Made by a program: the position numbers and the translations under genes. The notes below the pieces were generated by a model. That model was not told the DNA's origin, made no database searches, and was given only the letters and a program-made list of their open reading frames with translations. Source: Candidatus Poribacteria bacterium (GTDB lineage Bacteria > Poribacteria > WGA-4E > WGA-3G). Taken from it: 64,000 bases of DNA. The stretch covers positions 4,032,001 to 4,096,000 of the forward strand of contig OZ242029.1 in NCBI GenBank assembly GCA_965205015.1, read 5' to 3'. Positions within the stretch are counted from its first letter, which is position 1. The number at the start of each line of letters is the position of its first letter. Shown piece after piece: positions 9,647-18,251 of this stretch.

Positions 9647-10078
9647 ATGACACACCTCAAAAATTCCGGCTATAGCACTTTCGCACTTGTTCTACTCCCA
9701 TTTGTAATGCTCGGTTGTCTTTCGATGGCAGCACAAAACACAGTTCGTGTTGATAGCGGCATGACGGAGACATTTGAAATGTCCGAGAGCGGCACGGGGG
9801 CAATTCAGAAGTGGATACTTCCCGAAAGACGCTCTATCAGTCGGATCGAAATTCACTTTGATCCAATTGACCCACTGAAGAATATGACCGTCTACGCTCG
9901 GATGGGTGAAGACAATTGGCGAGTCGTCAAGGCAGTCAAAACGCCGATCCGGACATCGCCCTATATCATTCGGGCACCGCTCTCCACAGATGCCATCCGC
10001 GTTGTGTTGACATCGTCAATAGGGACGATCGACCGGATAGTTCTCTACGGGGCAGAATCGAAGCCATCAACTGAATAG
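9647..10078 (+). CDS. Hypothetical exported protein, possible lipoprotein
   Basis: AGGAG RBS; hydrophobic N-terminus ending VMLGC (lipobox-like); small beta-rich body. Confidence 0.6.
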   Translation: MTHLKNSGYSTFALVLLPFVMLGCLSMAAQNTVRVDSGMTETFEMSESGTGAIQKWILPERRSISRIEIHFDPIDPLKNMTVYARMGEDNWRVVKAVKTPIRTSPYIIRAPLSTDAIRVVLTSSIGTIDRIVLYGAESKPSTE

Positions 10079-10156
10079 ATCGTCCGAAATTTTCTCACGC
10101 ACAAACGGGAGGAACCGCGGTAAATTGTTTTAATTTGCCTTTTTGACACAATTTTT

Positions 10157-10183
10157 CAACATTTTCTACATATGTCTGTCTAA
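10157..10183 (+). promoter_or_regulatory. Candidate RpoE-type promoter before DUF4956-cotH
   Basis: CAACAT-N16-TCTAA, same spacing and -10 as the site at 13407. Confidence 0.35.
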
Positions 10184-10234
10184 TTGTGGTAGACTATAGA
10201 ATACAATTTTCTACTTTCTAATTGGCAAACCGGG

Positions 10235-10894
10235 ATGGATATATTATTTAATTTTTTAACGCTACCTCCACTTGTAACACTTGGTGCTGATGCTCTGAGA
10301 GTGTTACTCTCATTTGCGCTCGGCGTTTTCATTGTTAACATCTATGTGTGGACCCACGCCAAAGTCCCACAAAAATCGTTTACCGACACACTCATCATCT
10401 TGTGTATGTTGATTTCTGTGGTGATGGTGGTTATCGGGGACAGCATTGCACGGGCGTTTAGCCTTGTAGGTGCCCTGTCTATTATCCGATTCCGGACTGC
10501 TATTCAAGACCCACGCGATATCGGTTTCGTTTTTTACGCATTAGCGGTTGGAATGGCAGTCGGTGCGGGAAATCCATCTGTTGCAATCCTGGCGACCTTT
10601 CTCATCGGTACCATTATCCTCTGTATGTACCACTGGCATCAACGTTTTGGCAACGATAATGAATTTAGCTTAGAATTCTGCCTGCCACCAGATCAGACTT
10701 CTGAAACCATCTATAGTCCAGTTTTCAATAAGTACTTGATTTACGATCGTCTCCTCGAACAGCGAATCAAAAAAACACAGCAGGTTGAACTCACATTCCG
10801 GGTTAGATTGGCAAATCCACAGGAATGGCTCACTTTCTTTAACGAACTCTCACGGATTGAAAACGTCACAGAAGTAAAAATGGATAAAGAGTAA
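10235..10894 (+). CDS. DUF4956 membrane protein
   Basis: IGDSIARAFSLVGALSIIRFRTAIQDPRD..GMAVG signature. Confidence 0.85.
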   Translation: MDILFNFLTLPPLVTLGADALRVLLSFALGVFIVNIYVWTHAKVPQKSFTDTLIILCMLISVVMVVIGDSIARAFSLVGALSIIRFRTAIQDPRDIGFVFYALAVGMAVGAGNPSVAILATFLIGTIILCMYHWHQRFGNDNEFSLEFCLPPDQTSETIYSPVFNKYLIYDRLLEQRIKKTQQVELTFRVRLANPQEWLTFFNELSRIENVTEVKMDKE

Positions 10895-10944
10895 AGATCA
10901 CCCTGCCAAAGCGTGGGTGCTTTTACATAAAAAAGGAGAATATC

Positions 10945-13398
10945 ATGAAACAACTTAAATCAATAACACTCATTGCGCTCATAATTATGGGGTGGGCAAT
11001 ACACGCCAACGCTCAAGACAATCAGGAACCTCCAAAACTCTCAGACGACCAGAAACGATTTGATCTCAATAGAGATGGCAAACTGAGCAATGAAGAGGGC
11101 GATCTCATGCTCCGGGTTACGAGCATGGAAGCACTCACAGGCAATAAACTAACGCCTGAAGAAATCAAGCGAATGCAGGATGACCAAGGTCCTGACAGGG
11201 GTTTCGGAGGTCCCCCGGGTGGGATGCCCGGTTTTGGAGGGGGACGAGGGGGACGTCGCGGACCGCAACCGCCAGAAAAACTGCGAGATCAATTCGATGA
11301 AAATAAGGACGGGAAACTCACCGGCACCGAGCGGCAAGCGGCACTGGACATGCGCGATGGTGGAACTTTGTCTCTCATGAGTGAAGACAGCTTACGCGAA
11401 GGTGTGCAGAACGATGTGCAGGCAAGCCTTACGACTGCACCAGACGGTTCACCTTCACTCTATAACGCACAAACGCTCCGTACGCTTTATCTCCGATTCC
11501 ATCATGAAGATTGGTACGAGCAGATGACCGCGTTTTATCGCACAGATATTGAAGTTCCGGCAGAACTGATCGTCGATGGAAAGGTTTACCCGAAAGTCGG
11601 TGTCCATTTTCGAGGCACTTCCTCCTACTTTACAGTCGGATCGGAGAAGAAATCCTTCAATATTGCTGTTGACTACAGTGAAGATGGACAACGTCTGTAT
11701 GGTTACAAAACATTGAACCTACTCAACGGACACGTTGATGCATCCTTCCTGCGCGAGGTCCTCTACAATCGAATCTCTCGTGACTATATCCCCGCGATGA
11801 AAACCAACCTCGTAAAATTGGTGATCAACGGTGAAAATTGGGGGGTCTATATCAATCTCCAGCAATACAACAAGGATTTTCTTGCCGAATGGTTCGGCAC
11901 GAAGGGCGGTATCCGCTGGAAGATAGGTCCTGGTAGAGGCGGCGCACTGACTTATGCCGGAGACGACCCAGCATCATATCAAGAAACGTATCAACTCAAA
12001 ACCAACAACGTCGAAAATCCCTGGGACGGTCTTATTGCGCTCACGAAAATGCTTGACGATTCCACGCCTGACGCGGAACTTGTGGAAAATCTTCCATCCG
12101 TCCTGAATATCGACCAGGTCCTGTGGCAACTCGCCGTTTCGAACGTCTTTATGGACGATGATGGTTACATCCACAAAGGCGGTGATTACACGCTCTATCA
12201 AGATGTCAATGGTAGATTCCACCTCGTACCGCACGATAACAACGAAAGTTTCAAATTTGTTCGAAGGAGTCGAGGCGGTCCTGGGGGTGGCTGGTCTTGG
12301 GGCGACTTAGAAAATGGAATGCTATCTCCTATTACGCATGAAGACAATGCGGCACGTCCGCTTATTAAGCGACTGCTCTCAAATCCGCAGTGGCGCGCAC
12401 GGTATCTCGCGCACGTCCGAACCGTCATGGAGGAATGGCTCGATTGGGAAGTGTTGAAACCGATTATCAAGGAATATCAAGCCCTAATTGATGCAGAGGT
12501 TCAGAAAGACGATAAGAAACTGTATGGATATGAGGAATTTGCAACCGGTGTTCCTGCGGAGCTTGAGCGGTTTGTGAACCAACGCCGAGAGTATCTGAGA
12601 AATCATCTTGAACTCAGCAAGCCGGTCCCGGAGATTGTTTCGGTTGAGATTGGATCTGGAACGCCGCCTGTCGCGAATCAATCTGTCTCAGTTAAAGCGA
12701 TACTTGACAAATTAATTGCCGTTGATTCAGTTTTGTTGTACTATAGTACTGATCGGTATGTCGTTTTCAATCAGGTGGCAATGACAAAAGAAGGGGATAC
12801 TTATGTTGGACACATCCCCGGTTTGCCAGCAAACACCACAGTCTACTATTACGTAGAAGCGAATGCGGTCGAGACTTACGGAACGACTGCCTTTTCACCC
12901 GCAAGATCAGAGCAAGGCGCGGCGCAGTACCGAATTGGTGTTCCCGTTGCAAAAGAAACGCCAATCGTTATTAACGAACTCATGGCATCTAACACAAAAA
13001 GTCTGACCGACCCCCAAGGGCAATACGAAGACTGGCTTGAGCTGCACAACCTCACCAGTGACGTAGTGAATCTTACCGGGATGTATCTAACGGATAAGGT
13101 GGACAATCTCAAGAAATGGGCATTTCCTGAGAATACGACGATTCCAGGGCGGGGTTATCTTCTTGTGTGGTTAGATGAAGACGGCAAAGCCGATGTGGGA
13201 CTCCATGCGAACTTCAAGTTGTCCCGTAACGGTGAAACTGTGATGCTCATTGATACCGATATGCATGGTAACCAAGTGCTTGATACAGTGACGTTTGATA
13301 AACAGGAGAAGGATGTTGCCCTCGGCAGATGGCCGAATGGGAGTGGCAAACTCAAACAGGTCCAAACCACGCCGGGTAAAGAAAACGTGCTGAAATAA
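10945..13398 (+). CDS. Secreted CotH kinase family protein with EF-hand-like motifs and a C-terminal lamin-tail domain
   Basis: Signal ANA-Q; FDLNRDGKLS and FDENKDGKLT; GVHFRGTSS, KKSFNI, LREVLY, NGENWGVY and PHDNNESF; IVINELMASN...DWLELHN...LTGMYLTD (lamin tail). Confidence 0.85.
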   Translation: MKQLKSITLIALIIMGWAIHANAQDNQEPPKLSDDQKRFDLNRDGKLSNEEGDLMLRVTSMEALTGNKLTPEEIKRMQDDQGPDRGFGGPPGGMPGFGGGRGGRRGPQPPEKLRDQFDENKDGKLTGTERQAALDMRDGGTLSLMSEDSLREGVQNDVQASLTTAPDGSPSLYNAQTLRTLYLRFHHEDWYEQMTAFYRTDIEVPAELIVDGKVYPKVGVHFRGTSSYFTVGSEKKSFNIAVDYSEDGQRLYGYKTLNLLNGHVDASFLREVLYNRISRDYIPAMKTNLVKLVINGENWGVYINLQQYNKDFLAEWFGTKGGIRWKIGPGRGGALTYAGDDPASYQETYQLKTNNVENPWDGLIALTKMLDDSTPDAELVENLPSVLNIDQVLWQLAVSNVFMDDDGYIHKGGDYTLYQDVNGRFHLVPHDNNESFKFVRRSRGGPGGGWSWGDLENGMLSPITHEDNAARPLIKRLLSNPQWRARYLAHVRTVMEEWLDWEVLKPIIKEYQALIDAEVQKDDKKLYGYEEFATGVPAELERFVNQRREYLRNHLELSKPVPEIVSVEIGSGTPPVANQSVSVKAILDKLIAVDSVLLYYSTDRYVVFNQVAMTKEGDTYVGHIPGLPANTTVYYYVEANAVETYGTTAFSPARSEQGAAQYRIGVPVAKETPIVINELMASNTKSLTDPQGQYEDWLELHNLTSDVVNLTGMYLTDKVDNLKKWAFPENTTIPGRGYLLVWLDEDGKADVGLHANFKLSRNGETVMLIDTDMHGNQVLDTVTFDKQEKDVALGRWPNGSGKLKQVQTTPGKENVLK

Positions 13399-13406
13399 AA
13401 CAAAAC

Positions 13407-13433
13407 GAACTTTTTGTTTTATGACATGTCTAA
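13407..13433 (+). promoter_or_regulatory. RpoE/AlgU-type ECF promoter (autoregulatory)
   Basis: GAACTT (13407-13412), N16, TCTAA (13429-13433): an exact RpoE/AlgU-type consensus in front of the ECF sigma gene. Confidence 0.7.
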
Positions 13434-13586
13434 TAGAACAAATAAGCCCGTTAGTTTCCGCTATATTCACGCTTTTGATTCATCTAAGCGAAATTCGAGA
13501 TGTGAAAGTGCAGGAATATAGGGGAATTGAGCGGTTCTGAAGTGAATAAAAGCATGTTCTTTATTCTGGCAGTTTGGAGAAGAAGT

Positions 13587-14207
13587 ATGTCCGTTGCAAC
13601 CCTTACAGCTACTATGGAAACCTATTCGGAGATAAGCAAGACAGAAGAATTGGATCTCGCACAGGAACGTGAGATTGTTTTGCGCTGTCAAAAAGGTGAT
13701 GCCGATGCAATGGGAACCCTTGTGATTCAATATCAACACTGGGTTTACAATATCGCTTACGGTATGCTCGGTCATCACCAAGACGCTGAAGATGTCGCGC
13801 AAGATGCCTTCCTCTCCGCATGGGAAAATATTGAGAAATTCCAATTCCGTTCCCGATTTTCCACATGGCTCTACCGTATCGTCAAGAATAAGTGTCTCAA
13901 TCATATTGATCAGTATCAACGCCGAAAAACCGACCCGACAGAGATTGACGATTCACAGCCGTGGGTCCCGCTTGATACAGTGACCCCTGAAGAGGAGGCA
14001 CTCCGCACCGAACAGAAAGAAATCGTTCACGCAGCCCTCGCAAAACTCAAGGACAGTCATAGAGAGATCTTGGTGCTGAGAGAACTACGAGATCTACCTT
14101 ACGAAGAAATATCTGAAATTCTGGGATGCACACTGGGACGCGTTAAATCCCGGTTACATGAAGCCCGAAAGGCACTCAAAAAAGAACTGGAGCGAGTTGA
14201 GTGGTAA
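13587..14207 (+). CDS. ECF sigma factor, RpoE/SigW-like
   Basis: GGAGAAG RBS before ATG 13587; DAEDVAQDAF, FSTWLYRI and YEEISEILGCTLGRVKSRLHEAR. Confidence 0.9.
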   Translation: MSVATLTATMETYSEISKTEELDLAQEREIVLRCQKGDADAMGTLVIQYQHWVYNIAYGMLGHHQDAEDVAQDAFLSAWENIEKFQFRSRFSTWLYRIVKNKCLNHIDQYQRRKTDPTEIDDSQPWVPLDTVTPEEEALRTEQKEIVHAALAKLKDSHREILVLRELRDLPYEEISEILGCTLGRVKSRLHEARKALKKELERVEW

Positions 14208-14237
14208 CACCTTTTACCGCTATCCTCGATTGGAGAT

Positions 14238-15011
14238 ATGAACCATCGACGAATCCAAGAGGAATTGTCAGCCTACTTAGATAACGAATTAAGCCCGAAC
14301 AGGCATAAGCAGATTGAAGCACATTTACGTACCTGCGACGAGTGTTCCGAGATGCTACTAACGTTCAAAAAGAACCGTCAGAGAGTCGCAAACATCGCGC
14401 ACCCGGTACCATCGACACTCAAGGACGGCGTGATGGCAAAAATACACACGCAGTTTCAAGATGAACTATCCGCTTATTTAGATGGCGAATTAGAACCGAC
14501 GATGCGCGATCGGATGGAAGCGCATCTCCACGCCTGCGACGAGTGTTCCGAGATGCTGGCGGCGTTCCGTCAAAATCGCGATCGGATCAAAGCACTTGAA
14601 CATCCTGCGCCGCCATCCATTGAAAACGCAGTGATGGCGAAAATATGCCAGCAAGCCTCCCAGGCACGCAAAGAGAAACCTACTCGGACCGGATGGATAC
14701 CTGATATAGGGCGATGGATACCTGACCTTGGACGCTGGTTTTTCCGGCCCCTTACGGCAGGCGCGACCGGTATTCTAACACTCGTCCTGATTTTCGGTGC
14801 CCTCTACTTTTACAATCCCACTGGATCGCAATACGAGGAGACACTCGATTTCTACTTCGGGCTCCACACCGAACAATTAGTCGATAACACATTTGATTTG
14901 AACACTGGGATCTCCTTTAGTACAACATCTTCGGAAGAGGCTCTCTCCACAGAAACTACCGATGACGCTGAACTGTTTCTCAACCTCTATCTGGAGGATG
15001 TAGGGAATTAA
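14238..15011 (+). CDS. Membrane anti-sigma factor with two tandem zf-HC2 (ZAS) domains
   Basis: LSAYLDNEL..HLRTCDEC and LSAYLDGEL..HLHACDEC; TM segment GILTLVLIFGALYFY. Confidence 0.85.
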   Translation: MNHRRIQEELSAYLDNELSPNRHKQIEAHLRTCDECSEMLLTFKKNRQRVANIAHPVPSTLKDGVMAKIHTQFQDELSAYLDGELEPTMRDRMEAHLHACDECSEMLAAFRQNRDRIKALEHPAPPSIENAVMAKICQQASQARKEKPTRTGWIPDIGRWIPDLGRWFFRPLTAGATGILTLVLIFGALYFYNPTGSQYEETLDFYFGLHTEQLVDNTFDLNTGISFSTTSSEEALSTETTDDAELFLNLYLEDVGN

Positions 15012-15042
15012 ATTACGCAATAGGAACTAAACCGGTGCATCT

Positions 15043-16152
15043 ATGCGAATATATTCATATTTTATCCTTCGCAGGGGCTTGAAACCTAAATACTATCTCT
15101 CTTGTATTCCAATTTTAGCTTTTCTGCTCTGGTCACCTCAACCCCTTTTAGCTGATGCCAGTACGCTTGAACACATTGCAGCAGCCGAGCATGAAGTTAA
15201 CTACGTCGGCGTTCGTTTGAAGACGTTCATTTCATCAAGAGGCACCCGCACCTTCGAAGAACTCGTCATCCATAAAGCCCCAGATATTTTCTACGGGAAG
15301 GAACTCTCTGTGGTAGGTGAACGAAAATCATTCGGAGGTCCGCACGATGACGAACGTCGGGATGAAAGTCGCAGAGACAATCGCAGAAGAGACCGGGATG
15401 ACAGCCGCAGAAATGGGCGAGACAGGGATCACGCACATCACAAATGGCATCAGGTGAGACGTCTATTTTCCGAAGAAGAGGTCGAACTGATTGCCCGAAA
15501 CTACAACTTGGAAAAATCGCCGTCTACAGAAGAAATCGCGAATTACGAAACGGATCTGCTAACAATTACCCCCAAATTCGCTGGCAGACCCACACATCGG
15601 ATTTTCTTTGCGCGTAAAAACGGGGTTATCCTGCGGATAGAAACCCTCGACGCCGAAGGTGTACTTCGGGCAATGTCCGTCTATACCCGCATTAGTTTTG
15701 ATCCTGAAATCATAGAACGCAAATGGGAAGTCTTTGAAAAAGAGATAGCACCTGAACCACAACGGAGTCATTCAATTTCGCTTCCGGAAGCAGAAAAGAT
15801 CCTCAAAACCAAACCCATCCAGCCTGAATACTTGCCACCGGGATTCCAGCTGCAGGATATTCATGGTATAAAAGACAAAAAGAACACCATTCATCTGATT
15901 TATACGGATGGCTTGCTACGTTTCTCCATATTTGAAACAACGGACAAACGGGCGCGTCGTGGCAGTGACAGACGCAGAGGATCAGATGTCATTGAAATTA
16001 ATGGCACGCGTGTCCATAAATACCAGCGCGGACCGACATACGCCTTCAGTTGGTCGAGCGCGGATATACACTGTTTCTTGTTCGGCGCAATGCCGCCTAC
16101 CGAAATGCAGAAAGTCGTAGAATCCATCATTCACAAAACAAAGAAAGAATAA
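15043..16152 (+). CDS. RseB/MucB-like periplasmic sigma-E regulatory protein
   Basis: Third gene of the sigma/anti-sigma operon; signal peptide; VNYVG, NGVILRIE, YTRISF, PEYLPPGF and HLIYTDGL..FSIFE. Confidence 0.7.
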   Translation: MRIYSYFILRRGLKPKYYLSCIPILAFLLWSPQPLLADASTLEHIAAAEHEVNYVGVRLKTFISSRGTRTFEELVIHKAPDIFYGKELSVVGERKSFGGPHDDERRDESRRDNRRRDRDDSRRNGRDRDHAHHKWHQVRRLFSEEEVELIARNYNLEKSPSTEEIANYETDLLTITPKFAGRPTHRIFFARKNGVILRIETLDAEGVLRAMSVYTRISFDPEIIERKWEVFEKEIAPEPQRSHSISLPEAEKILKTKPIQPEYLPPGFQLQDIHGIKDKKNTIHLIYTDGLLRFSIFETTDKRARRGSDRRRGSDVIEINGTRVHKYQRGPTYAFSWSSADIHCFLFGAMPPTEMQKVVESIIHKTKKE

Positions 16153-16162
16153 GGAATAAACG

Positions 16163-16972
16163 ATGCAGATACACCATGTTTTTATGTTAGTCCTCTTTTT
16201 TACCAGTCTATTGTTTCTTGGAAACGCAGCGGCTGATAGTATAAAAACGCAACTCGAAGCATCACCGCGTCACGGCGAATGGGTGAAAGTGCCAACGGCT
16301 GATGCACGGACTGTCAACACATTTGTTGTTTACCCAGAGGTGAAAGAACCCGCAACGGCTATTATCGTCATCCACGAAATCTTTGGGCTTACGGATTGGA
16401 TCCGTCTTGTCGCAGACAAGCTCGCCGCTGAAGGGTTTGTTGCAATTTGTCCCGACCTTCTTTCCGGTATGGGTCCCGACGGTGGCGGCACAGAGAGTTT
16501 CGCCTCCGGTGATGACGTCCGACGGACCATCCGTGAACTCTCTTCTTCCCAAGTTACATCCGATCTGGATGCCATCCAAAAATATGCCCGCGACCTACCT
16601 TCAACCAATGAAAAAGTGGCTGTCTCCGGATTCTGCTGGGGAGGCGGACAAACGTTCAGTTACGCCGTTCATTCCGATACAATCGCCGCTGGTTTCGTAT
16701 TCTACGGTCGCGCCGCACCAACAGAAGATGTCCCTAAAATATCAGTACCGGTTTACGGCTTTTACGGCGAGAGCGACAACCGTATCAATGCCACGATTGA
16801 TGCCACTAAAGCCGCAGCGGATGCCGCGAACGTCACCTACGAACCCGTTATCTATGAAGGTGTCGGTCACGCCTTCCTAAGGCGCGGTATGGCAGAGGAC
16901 GCAAATGACGCGCAGAAAACTGCCACCAAAGCCGCCTGGGAGCGGTGGGTATCCCTTCTGCGAGGACTCTAA
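16163..16972 (+). CDS. Secreted dienelactone hydrolase family protein
   Basis: IHEIFGL, GFCWGG, YGESD and GHAF; signal peptide. Confidence 0.85.
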   Translation: MQIHHVFMLVLFFTSLLFLGNAAADSIKTQLEASPRHGEWVKVPTADARTVNTFVVYPEVKEPATAIIVIHEIFGLTDWIRLVADKLAAEGFVAICPDLLSGMGPDGGGTESFASGDDVRRTIRELSSSQVTSDLDAIQKYARDLPSTNEKVAVSGFCWGGGQTFSYAVHSDTIAAGFVFYGRAAPTEDVPKISVPVYGFYGESDNRINATIDATKAAADAANVTYEPVIYEGVGHAFLRRGMAEDANDAQKTATKAAWERWVSLLRGL

Positions 16973-16982
16973 AGGAACACGC

Positions 16983-17747
16983 ATGGCAAACCGACTTAAA
17001 GATAAGATCGCCGTTATCACCGGTGCAGCCCGAGGCATCGGTGCGAAAAGCGCAGAACTCTTTGCGAGTGAAGGTGCCGCTGTGGCTATCTGGGATCTGA
17101 ATGCCGAGCGCGGCGAAGAAACCGTGCAGCAGATCCGATCTTCTGGTGGAACTGCTCTTTTCTCCGAGTGCGACGTAACTGATGCTACACAGATTGAACG
17201 TGCCGTTGCCTATGTCACCTCCGAACTTGGCACGCCGAATGTATTGTTCAACAACGCCGGTATAGCTGTCGTAGGCGAATTAGAAGAGATTTCCGAAGCA
17301 GACTGGGATCACCAATACGCCGTCAATGTAAAGAGTATCTATCTCGTTTCTCGTGCGATAATCCCATTGATGCGCGAAGCCGGGGGCGGTTCGATTATCA
17401 ACATGGCGAGTGAATCGGCGTATGTCGGGTTCCCGATGCACCCCGCCTATACCTCCTCCAAAGCCGCCGTCGTGCATCTCACACGAAGCATGGCAGTCCG
17501 ATATGCTGAGGACAACATCCGTGTTAACAGTCTCTGCCCCGGCACGATTAACACCGAACTCTATCAAGAATTCCTATTGAAGCAACCCGATCCAGAAGCG
17601 ATCAACACAGAGATCAAAGAGATGCATCCCTTAGGCATCGGCGAACCGGAAGACATCGCTTGGGCGGCGGTCTATTTAGCCTCCGATGAATCCAGATACA
17701 TGACGGGTGCCCCGATGCTCGTCGAGGGTGGCATATTGTCCCTTTAG
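16983..17747 (+). CDS. SDR family NAD(P)-dependent oxidoreductase
   Basis: AAGGA RBS before ATG 16983; TGAARGIG, NNAG, YTSSK and VNSLCPG. Confidence 0.9.
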   Translation: MANRLKDKIAVITGAARGIGAKSAELFASEGAAVAIWDLNAERGEETVQQIRSSGGTALFSECDVTDATQIERAVAYVTSELGTPNVLFNNAGIAVVGELEEISEADWDHQYAVNVKSIYLVSRAIIPLMREAGGGSIINMASESAYVGFPMHPAYTSSKAAVVHLTRSMAVRYAEDNIRVNSLCPGTINTELYQEFLLKQPDPEAINTEIKEMHPLGIGEPEDIAWAAVYLASDESRYMTGAPMLVEGGILSL

Positions 17748-17766
17748 GGTTCCTGTAGGAGGGGAA

Positions 17767-17910
17767 GAAATCCGCAGAAATACGCAGAAATACGCAGAAA
17801 TACGCAGAAATACGCAGAAACACCCAAGCAAAGACACCAAGCAAAGACACCAAGCAAAGACACCAAGCAAATACCCCTATCAATACGCAGAAATACCCAA
17901 GCAAAAACAC
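17767..17910. repeat. Compound tandem repeat: (GAAATACGCA) x~5, then (CACCAAGCAAAGA) x~4, then one degenerate copy of each
   Basis: Read directly from the sequence; intergenic, immediately after the SDR stop. Confidence 0.95.
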
Positions 17911-17931
17911 TCCGATTCCCGACCCATCTTT

Positions 17932-17956
17932 GTAGGAGCGATCTCCCGGTCACGAC
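17932..17956 (+). repeat. GTAG-type REP-like element
   Basis: GTAGGAGCGATCTCCCGGTCACGAC matches GTAGCAGTGATCTCCGAATCGCGAC (59994-60018) at 19/25 positions. Confidence 0.55.
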
Positions 17957-18086
17957 TTACCCTTCATTACATTTTCCACAATTTTTACAGAATTAGGCAA
18001 CCGTTTTGCCCTTAACTCGCGTCATTGTATATTACAAAATGGTCCATCTGGTGTTGATACATAGAAGGTACCAGCGTCGAAGGTAT

Positions 18087-18102
18087 TGCACAAATTTGTG
18101 CA
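18087..18102. promoter_or_regulatory. Perfect 16-bp palindrome TGCACAAATTTGTGCA, candidate operator
   Basis: Self-complementary; 150 bp upstream of the ECF fusion start. Confidence 0.5.
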
Positions 18103-18150
18103 TTCGCGAAGGGACTTCAAAAAACTCGGATTCCTTTCTTTTTCACATTT

Positions 18151-18178
18151 TGAACCTTTTTTATTCCAAGATTTCGTC
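18151..18178 (+). promoter_or_regulatory. Candidate ECF promoter TGAACCTTTT..CGTC
   Basis: Same TGMACCYTTT-N16-TC geometry as the sites at 31277 and 34423. Confidence 0.45.
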
Positions 18179-18251
18179 TTAAAATAATAGAGGGTGCAAA
18201 TCGTATGCCCTGCTTAGTTTTGCGAGATTTTGCATTTGATTAGGAGGCACC

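Noticed and set aside
17767-17910. CRISPR array
   Set aside because: Units are 10 and 13 bp, contiguous, with no unique spacers and no cas genes.
17614-18015. ORFs across the tandem repeat
   Set aside because: Low-complexity translations of the satellite in several frames.
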